DNA of 63,405 nt, filler included, from Octopus bimaculoides (GCF_001194135.2; 3 parts of 2 records of this genome joined end to end with filler, not necessarily neighbours in it); one strand, 5' to 3'; shown: positions 39,055 through 50,694, counted from the whole stretch's first letter. Notes: generated by a model not told the origin, from the letters alone. Numbers and translations: made by a program.

Positions 39055-39460
39055 TCTTTCGTCTTTTACTTATTTCATATATTAGCCTGTGGCCATGCTG
39101 GAGTACCGCCTTGAAGGGTTTAGTCGGACAGATGGACCTAAATACTTATTTTCTTGGAAATCTAGTACTTCCATTCTTGGTCTCCTGGCTGACCCGCTAT
39201 GACAGGAGATATAAACAAACCAGCACCGGTTATCAACTGGCAGTGGGGGACGAACACAAATACAAAGACACACAGACGTCATAAATAAATACAAGCACAC
39301 ACATATGTATATATATGGTAAGTAGCTTGCTTACCAGCCACATGGTTCCGGGTTCAGTTCCACTGCGTGGCACCTTGGGCAAGTGTCTTCTACTATAACC
39401 TCGGGCCGACCAAAGTCTTGTGAGTGGATTTGGTAGACGAGAACTGAAAGAAGTCCGCCG

Positions 39461-39511
<51 letters not shown>

Positions 39512-40125
39512 NNNNNNNNNNNNNNNNNNNNNNNNNNNNNNNNNNNNNNNNNNNNNNNNNNNNNNNNNNNNNNNNNNNNNNNNNNNNNNNNNNNNNNNNN
39601 NNNNNNNNNNNNNNNNNNNNNNNNNNNNNNNNNNNNNNNNNNNNNNNNNNNNNNNNNNNNNNNNNNNNNNNNNNNNNNNNNNNNNNNNNNNNNNNNNNNN
39701 NNNNNNNNNNNNNNNNNNNNTATATACTTCGGGCTTCCGCACAATTTCTGTCTACTTAATTCACTCGCAAAGTATTGAGCGGCCTTGGGCTATAGTAGAA
39801 GACATAAGCCCAAAGGCGGCGAGCTGGCAGAGTCGTTAGCACGCCGGGCGAAATGCTTAGCGGTATTTTCGCCTGCCGTTACGTTCTGAGTTCAAATTCC
39901 GCCGATGTCGACTTTGCCTTACATCCTTTCGGGGTCGATAAATTAAGTACCAATTATGCACTGGGGTCGATGCAATCGACTTAATCACTTTGTCTGTCCT
40001 TGTTTGTCCCCTCTATACTTAGCCCTTTGTGGGCAATAAAGAAATAAGAAGACATAAGCCCAAATTACCGCGCAGTGGAACTGAACACGAAACCATTTGG
40101 TTTAAAAGCGAGCATCTTTATCACA
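39055..40125. mobile_element. SINE C cluster (39055-39300 minus, 39318-39480 plus, 39730-40125 minus) with a SINE B (+, ~39813-40046) inserted in the last copy
   Basis: 18-bp TSD agaagacataagcccaaa at 39797-39814 and 40047-40064. Confidence 0.88.
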
Positions 40126-40399
40126 TACCAATGTACAAATTTTGTTTTTAGACATACAACTGTGAGTGCAGCAATACCCAAAATTGCTTTTACATAAGAA
40201 AACGATAGTTTACATTTTTTAAGACATTACGATATCATTATTTCGAAATTTTATTAGTCGTAAGAAATAGTGAGGTCACCTTCAAAAGTCTTACTTAAAA
40301 CAACGACTGTAGAAGAATCACTTTCTGTGGCCTGCCTCATTAATCAAAATTAATGTAGCAGATCTTCAACAATGCAGCAACGTACTTTCTAGTCGTTGT

Positions 40400-41033
40400 C
40401 TGTTTTGTTACTAGAATAGATACCGACTTACAGACACACACACGTGTGTGTGTATATGCATACATGTATAAATATATGTATTTATATATACATATATATA
40501 TGTGTGTATGTAGGTAAATATGTATATTTGTGTATGTATATATGCATATGTATATATGTACATATAAGTTTGTATATATGTATATATGTATAGCTATATG
40601 CATATATATGCATTTATATGTGCATATATATATGTATATATACGCATATATATGTATACATATAGGTATATATATATGTGTATATATATGCATATATATA
40701 TATGCATATACATATAACATATGCTTGTGCGCATACGTGTATATATATATATGCATATATGTATATCTATCTATATATATATATGCATCTATATATATGT
40801 ATATTTATGCATATATATGTTATATGTATATACATATAACATATGCATGTGCACATACGTGTATATATATATGCATATATGTATATCTATATATATATAT
40901 ATATGCATATATATATATGTATAATTATATATATATATATGTATATTTATGCATATATATGTATATATATATACATATATATGTATATATATGCATATAT
41001 ATGAATACATATGTATATATATGCATATATATG

Positions 41034-41072
<39 letters not shown>

Positions 41073-41230
41073 GCATATATATGTATATTTATATGCATAT
41101 ATGTGTTTATATATATATGCATATATACATATGTATATATACATATGTATATTTATGCATCTATGTAGATATTAGATATATATGCACATATATATATACA
41201 TATATATGCATATATATGTGCATATATATG

Positions 41231-41314
<84 letters not shown>

Positions 41315-41430
41315 TATATATGCATATATATGTATGAATATATATGTGTATATATATGCGTGTGTATATATGCACATAAATATGTATGTATGTATATATG
41401 TATGTATGTATGTATGTATTATGTATGTGT
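40400..41430. repeat. ~1-kb complex (TA)n/(TATG)n/GCATATAT low-complexity tract with internal ~118-bp duplication
   Basis: catataacatatgc..catacgtgtatatatat occurs at ~40711 and ~40833. Confidence 0.9.
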
Positions 41431-41779
41431 ACATACACCGACACGCACACAAATACATAGTGACGCAATCAAACAGAGAGAAGACTAGACAACGCAAACC
41501 ATTAGAAATGAATGGTGCATCGACTTGGACGCTCAGCTCACAAGAAATAGCAGTCGCATCTCTTTCAAGTCATACTCATCTAACTGAAAAGAGGAAAAGA
41601 TGCATTCAACAATGAGTGCACATGACATACAAAAAGACGATTTTGGTTGAATCTGGAACGCGTTGACCATATGTCTGTTTGGCTGGGACTTAGCCCGGGG
41701 TTAAACAAAAACAACTACAATAACAAGAAATGTTAAGAAGGCAAGAATAAAGTAGATAATATAAGAACAACGTTATTAG

Positions 41780-42500
41780 TGTCTTCTAATTATGGCACAA
41801 AGCCAGCGCTTTTGTGGGTGTAGTTGATGATCGAAACCATGGATTCCAATACTAGGCTAGTACTTTGCTTTATCGAACCCACATAGGTGACAGGCAAAGT
41901 TTACCTCAGCGAGATTTGAACTCAGAATGCAAAGAATCGGAGCAAATGCCGAGAAGCATTTTGTCCGACACTCAATCGATTCTATCAGCTCAACCTCCTT
42001 TAAAACCTTATAATTTTTTTTCTGAATTAGGTTCAGAAGGTTAGGAAACACGAGTAAAAGAAGTGGTTAGTTTGATACCATCGACCTCAACACTTTATTG
42101 GTACTTTATTTTATTGACCCCTAAAGAATGAAAGGCAACAGAAAAAGATGTCCTCAGAACGTCAAGAATTGGCAGGAGTCAAAAGACGGTGGCGAGCTGG
42201 CAGAATCGTTAGCACACCGGGCGAAATGCATAGCGGTATTTCGTCTGCCGCTACGTTCCGAGTTCAAATTCCGACGAGATCGACTTAGCCTTTCATCCTT
42301 TCAGGGTCGATTAAATAAGTACCAGTTACGTACTGGGGTCGATGTAATCGACTTAACCCATTTGTCTGTCCTTGTTTGTCCCATCTATGTTTAGCCCCTT
42401 GTGGGCAATAAAGAAATAAGAACGTCAAGAATCGGAACAAATATCACGAATCATTTTCTTAAGATACTTTCACAATTCAACGAATTGTCTTTCTGCCAAA
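41780..42500. mobile_element. Two minus-strand SINE B copies, the second interrupted by a young plus-strand SINE B (~42188-42418)
   Basis: 17-bp TSD agaacgtcaagaat(t/c)gg at 42156-42172 and 42419-42435. Confidence 0.85.
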
Positions 42501-42609
42501 TTGGCAAAGGCAATAATAGTTGGTGCCGAGATGAGAGATACTGTCATTCGAACCGCTCCGTGGCCATCCTACTACTACTAGCTATCGTTGATTGATTAAA
42601 GTTATAATC

Positions 42610-42940
42610 TGGCACTGGCAACACCGTCGGTCACGACGAAAGGGTCCCAGTTAATCCGATCAACGGAACAGCCTGCTCATGAAATTAATGTGAAAGTGGA
42701 TGAGCACTCCACAGATACGCGTACCCTTAAAGTAGTTCTTTGGGAGTTTCAGTGTGACATAGAACTTGACAGGAGTGGCCCTTTGAAATACAGGTACGAC
42801 TCATTTTTGCTGGCTAAGTATACTGGAGCAACGTGAAATAAAGTGTCTTGCTCAAGGGCACAACGCGCTGCAGGGAATCGAACTTACGACCTTATGATCG
42901 TGAGCCGAATACCCTAACCCACTAAACCACGCGCCTTCAA
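42610..42940 (-). mobile_element. SINE with a family D-type head/core and a family A-type 3' tail
   Basis: 42800-42940 aligns to the family D head/core; 42615-42795 aligns to the family A tail. Confidence 0.75.
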
Positions 42941-43203
42941 TAAATTTATATAGCATGGCGGTAAATGATGGAATAATCCTTTGTACTATAGTCCGTTCGA
43001 ACAGACAGCCATGTCGAAGTGCCTACGAACATGACTTGTTAGTACAACTACTGCGTTGATCTCTTAGAACTAGCGTTTTTGCTTGTTTATATATATATAT
43101 ATNNNNNNNNNNNNNNNNNNNNNNNNNNNNNNNNNNNNNNNNNNNNNNNNNNNNNNNNNNNNNNNNNNNNNNNNNNNNNNNNNNNNNNNNNNNNNNNNNN
43201 NNA

Positions 43204-43342
43204 CAGACGAAGACAGGTGGTGTAGAAAACAAATAGATGTATTAGTATAACACTCGGGAATTGAAAAAGTCTTTAACGTTTCGAGCCTACGCTCTTCCAC
43301 AGAAAGGAACACAGAAAGAAACAAGGAGAGTAAAAAATGTGT
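43204..43342 (-). mobile_element. Penelope-like terminal remnant with hammerhead-like motif (43271-43306)
   Basis: Minus strand cttt-CTGTGGA-A-GAGC-GTAG-GCTC-GAAACGTT-aaag. Confidence 0.6.
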
Positions 43343-43373
43343 GTAGTGGTCAGCGATCTAGGGACCTTTGCTA

Positions 43374-43850
43374 GATTCGAACTCATTGCATAAAGATCCG
43401 ATACAAATATCATGAAACATTTTGTAGGATACTTTAAGAACCTTTCTAAACCACCGCCCTTGACTGGTACTTTATTTTATCGAGTCTGGAAGGATGAAAG
43501 GTCAAATTGAGTTCGGCTTGATTCGAACTGATGACATAAAGATCCGATACAAATATCACAATAAATTTTGTGCGACGCTCCACCGTCCTTCTTCTGATCC
43601 ATCACCCTAGATCAGCACTTTATTTTATCGAACCCGGAAGGACGAAAAACAAAATTGATTTCGGCAGGATTCGCGCTCATAGCGCAAAGATCCTATACAA
43701 ATACCACAAAATATTTTGTACGAAGCTCTAACAAACCTTGCAACCCTCCACCCCAGACCAGTACTTTATATAATCGGCCCTAGAGGGACGAAAAGAAAAA
43801 GCTGATTTCGGAAGGATTCGAACCTTGCGGCATGAACCGTGTATTATCCT
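43374..43850 (-). repeat. Tandem array of ~147-bp SINE-B-derived units
   Basis: GATTCG anchors at 43374, 43520, 43668 and 43815. Confidence 0.85.
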
Positions 43851-44179
43851 GTCAAAGATTTTTATCCACCTCTGTAACGATTGATCCAATTCACCAGCGT
43901 AATATATTATGCAATATGACGCTACTAAACAATCTATTATTACTAGATTGTTAGGTACTGCGTCTTAGTATATTTGATATTTTCGTGCATGTCAAGCAGC
44001 AGAATTATAACAATCCATTTGGCTTAGTCAGTGATCCAAACAGCTTGTGTAGGATTCGGAGAATTTGATTTATAACAATAATAAATTATAACATATGTAC
44101 AAGACTGTAAATGTCGTGCTGGAAGACATTTGCAGACACAGTCGCTTAAATGTAACCAGAATTTGATTGATACTGTTAT

Positions 44180-46701
44180 TTTATCGATCGCGAGGGAAGA
44201 AAGACAAAGTCAGTCTCAGCAAAATCTGAGGTAACATAAAAAGACTTAAGTAACTAAATAACCCCTAACAACGGAATAAGGCCAGAAATTTGGGAATCCG
44301 AGACAGTCGATTAATACAATTTCGGAACATGGGGTAAGTTAGTTACATTGACTCCAGTGCTTGACTGGTACGTATTTTATCGATCCCGATAGGATGAAAG
44401 GCAAGGTCGACCTCGGCGGAATTTGAACACAAAGCATAAAAAAAGGCAAAATGCTGCTAAGCATTCTGCCCGGTGTGTGAACGATTCTGCTAGCTCGCTT
44501 CCTAGATCTTGCATTAAGTGCTTATATCTTTATTGCCCACAAGGGGCTAAACACAGAGGGGACAAACAAGGACAGAGAAAGGGATTAAGTCGATTACATC
44601 GACCCAGGGCGTAACTGGTACTTAATTTATCGACCCCGAAAGGATGAAAAGCAAAGTTGACCTCGGCGGAATTTGAAATCAGAACGTAACGGCAGACGAA
44701 ATACCGCTAAACATTTTGCCCAGCGTGCTAACGATTCTGCCAGCTCGTCACCTTACGATAAATGAATGCTGTTATCAATAGTTGTTGTTGTTGTTGTTTA
44801 GCTTCTAGGTCAAACCTGTATGAATAGACTTTTGCTCAAAGGCGTTCAAGTTACAACCGTTCCTTCCCTTTTATAGATTCAAAAATGTATGATGTGAAGA
44901 AGATATATGGCTGCTATTTCTGACATGCGAAGTAACCACGTTGAATATCCCTTATTAACTCTTTTAGTAACTATGGTGGTGGTGGCGGCGATCGATATTT
45001 TGATCGATCCAAGAGAAAATTATCCAGTGATTTTTCAAACTGCTGAAATTATGTCGGTCTCTCGGTCGCAACGCCTGACAGAAGTGACACCATTTTCCGG
45101 TGACGAGTCGTAATTTGAACTCAGAGAGCACAGGGCCGGGACGGATAATAGAAAGTATCCTATCCGATACTCTAACAATTCCGCCAATCCACCGACCTGC
45201 GCTGATACTTGTTTGTTTTTTAAATCGGCCCGAAAAGACGAAAGACAAAATTGACATCGGCCAGATTTGAACTCAGAACATAGATATTCAGAACAAATAC
45301 TGAGTAACGTTCTATTATGAAACACTCAAATGTCTCAGCTAATTAGCAACTGCAGTTATTAATGGGTTCAAATTTTGGCTCATGGCCGGCAATTTTCAAG
45401 GGGTGGAGGAAGCTGATTACATTGACCCAGTACGTGACTGGTACTTATTTTATCAATCACGAAAGGATGAAGACAAAGTCAGCCCCGGCGGAATTTGAAA
45501 TCAGAACATTAAGTCGGAAGAAAGGCCATTAAACATTTTATACAGTGTGCTAATGGTTCTGCCAGCTCGTCGCTTTAACCGCTTCGATACTTAATGGTAG
45601 CCATTTTGTTATTCATTGTTTTTCGTCATTAATGTACCTCCGAAAGTCATAAACATCACAACATATCATGATCTCCTTCTTATAAATCTGACATGTTATA
45701 GCAAATAAAGATGTTTAAAATTATTTGAAAAAGGTAAGGAAGATAGCTGACTGAGTCGTTAGCGTGCCGGACAAAACACATTTCATCCATCTTTATGCTC
45801 TGAGTTCAAATTCCGCCGTGGTCGATTTTGCCTTTCATCTTTTCATAGTCGATAAAATAAGTACCAGTTGAAGATTGGGGTGTTGGTGTAATTGACTTAC
45901 TCTGCCCCGAATTTACTGGCCTTGACTCAAAATTTGAAACCAAATATTCTTTTCTATTCTAGGCACTAGGCCCGGAATTTTTGGGGAGGGGGACCAGTCG
46001 ATTAGATCCACCCAGTGCGTAACTGGTATTTAATTTATCGACCTCCGAAAAGATGAAAGGCAAAGCCGACCTCGGTGGAATTTGAACTCATAACATAAAA
46101 TCAGGCGAAATACCGCTAAGCATTTCGCCCTGCGAGCTAACGTTTCTGCCAACTCAGCGCCTTATTTGAAACCAATTTTTTTTTCTACTCTAGGTACAAG
46201 GCTCGAAACCTTTGAGGAGGGGGCCAGTCGATTAGATCGACCTCAGTACGTAACTGGTACTTAATTTATCGACTCCAAAAGGATGGAAGGCAAAGTCGAC
46301 CTCGGCGATTCTTTTCTACTCTAGGCAAAAAGCCCGAAATTTTGAGGGAGGGGGCCAGTCGATTAGATCGACCCTAGTACACAACTCGTACTTAATTTAT
46401 CGGCTCCGAATGGAAGAAAGGCAAAGTCGACCTCGGCGGAATTTTAACTCAGAACGTAAAGACAGACGAAATACCGCGGCGTGCTAACGATTATGCCAGC
46501 TCGCCGCCATATTTGAAACCAAATATTAAAAAATGTAAGGCGGTGAACTGGCAGAATCGTTAGCACGCCGGACAGATTGCTTAGAGTCATTTTTTCCGGC
46601 ACAGTACGTTCTGAGTTCAAATTCCACCAAGGTGTATTTGACTTTCATCCTTTCGGTGTTAATAAAATAAATTAATATTTGAACATTGGGGTTGACGTAA
46701 T
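44180..46701. mobile_element. Dense SINE family B cluster (about 10 copies, both strands)
   Basis: Repeated atttatcgaccccgaaaggatgaaaggcaaagtcgacctcggcggaatttgaactcagaac blocks; young copy at 44525-44755; plus-strand copies at 45733-45943 and 46537-46701. Confidence 0.88.
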
Positions 46702-46745
46702 NNNNNNNNNNNNNNNNNNNNNNNNNNNNNNNNNNNNNNNNNNNN

Positions 46746-46757
46746 TTAATTAATTAA
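46746..46757. other. Artificial scaffold linker TTAATTAATTAA inside a 100-bp gap
   Basis: 44 N + 12 bp + 44 N, same as 31026. Confidence 0.92.
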
Positions 46758-46824
46758 NNNNNNNNNNNNNNNNNNNNNNNNNNNNNNNNNNNNNNNNNNN
46801 NTATATATATATATATATATATAT

Positions 46825-46887
<63 letters not shown>

Positions 46888-47659
46888 TATGTGTGTGTGC
46901 ACATACACACATACACATGTATACATGAATATATATAGGCATACACACATGGTACATGTGTGTGTATGTGTGAACATATGTATGTAGAGTCTGTGTATAA
47001 GTATGTGAGACACATCACTAGATAGACTGTGTATGCTTATTAACTCTGTATATGCATTCACCTTTTCATATGTTTGTTTTCCAGGAAACTTCACATGACC
47101 TGCTGTCAGCCTTTTGTTATTTTAGCTCATATACTCTTTGTAATGTCATCTAGATGTGTACAAATTTCTATGAAAGCCACTTAATATATATACATACACT
47201 GATATAGCTTCTATTATCATACACTTCTAGTTGTTGTCTATACAGAGAATTCTAATGATTCTAATGTTCTGATATAGTGATGTAACTAATTTGCAAGGAA
47301 TTTCATTCAAATTTTATCATTGTTGTCAACCACCACTACTGTCTGTTACTCTTCTTATGTTTCACCCACTGTCCACCTTCCAGGCCCTATACTTTCATAG
47401 GCCCTACTTCATAGAATCTGTCTGCCCCTAGAACATCAACTTTTCTGGAATTCCCTTGATGGTCACATTCTCCCTTTTTAAAGCTGATTTACAAAATATG
47501 CTAGCCAAACATAAGTTGCATTCATTTCACAAGTCTGAAGACTAGATGCACGACCCTTCCTGCAGACTAAGCCATGAAATGACCATAACCACCACCTAAA
47601 CCACCACCATCACCTAAACCACCACCATCACCTAAACCACCACCACCACCACCACCACC

Positions 47660-47689
<30 letters not shown>

Positions 47690-47700
<11 letters not shown>

Positions 47701-49602
47701 TCCATTCTACTATAAGCACAAGGCCTGAAATTTGTGAGCATTGGGGTCAGTGGATTAAATTGATTCCAGGGCTTAACTTGTACTTTATTTTATTGACCCC
47801 AAAAGGATGAAAGGCAGTGTTGATCTCGGTGGAATTTGAACTCAGAATGTAAAGAGCCAGAAGAAATTCTTATTTCTTTACTGCCCACAAGGGGCTATAC
47901 ACAGAGGGGACAAACAAGGACAGACAAAGGGATCAAGTCGATTATGTCGACCCCAGTGCGTAACTGGTACTTATTTAATCGACCCTGAAAGGATGAAAGG
48001 CAAAGTCGACCTCGGCGGAATTTGAACTCAGAACGTAACAGCAGACAAAATACCGTTAAGCATTTACCCCAGCGTGCTAACGTTTCTACCAGTTCACCAG
48101 CCAGAAGAAATTCTATTAAGCATTTTGTCTGACATATTAACAATTCTGCCAGCTCACCACCTTAATGATAATAATAATAATCCTTAGTTTGACACAAGGC
48201 CATCAATTTTGTGGGGGAGTCGATCCCAGTGCTCAACAAGTACCTATTTTACTGGTCCCACAAAAGGATAAAAGACAATATCGACCTCAACAGAATTTGA
48301 ACTCAGAACATTAAGACAGATGAAATGCTGCTAAGCATTTAGCTAATGCTTCTGCCAGTGCACTGCCTTAATAATAACAATAATAGTAATAATGATTTCA
48401 AATTTTGGCACAAAGACAACTATTTCGGTAAGTCGATTGCATCAACTCCTGTGTTCAACTGATGCTTATTTTATCAACCCTGAAAGGATGAAAGGCAAGG
48501 TTTTAATAATAATAATCACCATAATAACAATCCTTTCTTCTTCTACAGGCACCAAGGCCTGAAATTTAGGGGAGGGGACTAGTCGATTATATCATCCTGA
48601 GCACTTAACTAGTACTTTATCATCCCTAAAGGATGAAAAGCAAAGTTGAATTTAGTGGAATTTGAACTCAGTATGTAAATAGAGCAAATATTGCAGAGCA
48701 CTTTTTCTCTCGATACTCTAATAATCCTGCCAGCTAGCCACCCTTAACTGTTTCTGATATAGATGAGACACCATAAGTTTGGAATGACAGGGATAGTCAA
48801 TTATATTATATTCAGTACTTGACTTGTACTTTATTGTATTGACTCTGGAATGCAAAGTGGGCTTTGGTGAGATTAGAACTTTGAACATAAAGTGATGGAA
48901 TGAAAACTGAAAAGCATTTTGCTTGATTCTCTAACAGTTCTGCCACTCCATTGCTCTAACAATAATCACCATTTTGACCAGACTATTAGATGTTGTTACA
49001 CACCACTGGTCACAATGCGTTACCTTGCATTGTTGTAGCTTTTGAATGATGCCATACCACTGGCTAGGCAGGCATGCAAGCAGAGCAGTCTGTTACAAGG
49101 TTACTCATTTACAACTGACTGAACTGAAGCAATGTGAAATTAAGTGTTTTGCTCAAAAACGCAATGCACCACCAGTCCCGGAATCAAAACCATAATTTTA
49201 CAATTGTGAGTGCAACATGCCTTCACATAATAATAGTAATGATAATAATAATAATGATAATAATACCCTTATCAGACAGGTAGTCATGATGGGTATAATG
49301 GGCTTTGTATATTTTACTCGTGTCACTTAGATGGCATGTACTGCTCTCTCACTCAATAATAATAATAATTATCATTATTATTATTGTTGTTTCCGATATA
49401 AGTAAATACTAGCAGTTTTGGAGGCAGGGATTTAGCTGATACCATTGACCCTAGTGCTTGATTGGTACTATATTTTACTGATCTTAAAAAGATGAAAAAC
49501 AAAATTAACCCCAGTAGGATTTAAACTCAGAATGTTAGAAGATGGAACAAATACCACAAGGCATTTCCTCCTACACACTTATGATTTTGCCATCTCATTT
49601 CC

Positions 49603-49605
<3 letters not shown>
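47690..49605 (-). mobile_element. Head-to-tail SINE array (mostly family B) separated by (AAT)n; young copy nested at 47871-48098
   Basis: 16-bp TSD agccagaagaaattct at 47855-47870 and 48099-48114; units begin near 47700, 48180, 48390, 48530, 48760 and 49390. Confidence 0.85.
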
Positions 49606-49634
<29 letters not shown>

Positions 49635-49821
49635 TTTCTTTTATAAGACATGGCCATCAGATTTTACAATTGCATTGTACCTCACCTGTTTGTATCTTTA
49701 GATGTAAAAACCTGTTCTTTGAATTCTCTGGCTGAGGCTTTGGTGCAGCTTGTATAAATTAAAGCAAAGGTAAAGCATGATGATAAAAATAAAAATAATA
49801 ATAATAGTAATTGACATGTAG

Positions 49822-49898
49822 CTAATATAGTGTTTTCTTTCTCTTTCAGGTAAGTTCTTATTTCTAGAAAAGGTATCAACTTTAGAAAACAAAAAGGT
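49822..49898 (+). other. Candidate recursive splice site with cryptic exon
   Basis: CTAAT (49822-49826), 15 consecutive pyrimidines (49833-49847), CAG|GTAAGT (49847-49855), downstream donors AAG|GTATCA (49873) and AAG|GTAAAA (49897). Confidence 0.45.
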
Positions 49899-50694
49899 AA
49901 AAATTATTTTGTTTTATAACTTTCTAGTCTAACATTCTTTTACATAAGCTCACAGTCTTTTTTTTCTCTTTCACATACATACACACACATATATATGCCC
50001 ATCCATGATTCACTATCTTCAAATAACTTTCTAGCCCTCTTCTTATCTGTTTCCATTTTTCTTGAATTTTTTTTTTTTTTTTTTTTTTTTGCAGTAGTAA
50101 CTAATCCACTAGAAACTCATGTTGTTTCCTTAAATAACCAGTTGCTTAGAAATGTTGCTTAAAGGTGTATGGCTTATCTAGTCAACAGATATATGTTAGT
50201 ACTCGGTTGTTGACATTGAAGATGTTACTACTAACAGTTTGCTAGAGAATTATTAACGATGCCAAATCGGTAAGAGGTTTCAGTAACATTTAGATGCTGA
50301 GAAATATTAGCATCACTTAGTAAACAGTTTGACCCTTTTGATACCAAACTATCTGAAACTGCTCTTGGTTCTATAATACAAATTCCTTGAATTAAAATCT
50401 TCCATCAAAATTTCATGTTAATTTATATTCCAAACGTTGTCGTCATCATTTAATGTTCTCCTCACCTGCTGGCATGGGTTGGACAGTTTGACAGGAGCTG
50501 GCCAAGCAGGAGCCTTTGCCATGCTTCTGTATTTGCTTTGGCATGGTTTTTATGGCTGGATGCCCTACCTAACACCAACCACTCCGAAGAGTGGGCTGAA
50601 TGCTTTTTACATGGCACTCACACAGACAATGTCAGTGCTAAATGCCATATTAATAATAATAGTTGGCAGCGTATTCCAATATAAATATATAATT

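Noticed and set aside
40340-41615. Overlapping Tyr/Ile/Met/His-rich ORFs up to 212 aa
   Set aside because: Translations of (TA)n/(TATG)n low-complexity DNA.
47586-47660. 18-bp repeats translating to extensin-like PPPKPPPSPKPPPSPKPPPP; contains CCTAAA
   Set aside because: Short (CCA)n-derived minisatellite with a stop right after, no start or splice context, and not a telomeric array.
49687-49749. Minus-strand 63-nt exon candidate (AG|CTGCACC..ACAG|GTGAGG)
   Set aside because: Weak polypyrimidine tract, overlaps plus-strand candidates, and no compatible partner exon found; undecidable without RNA data.
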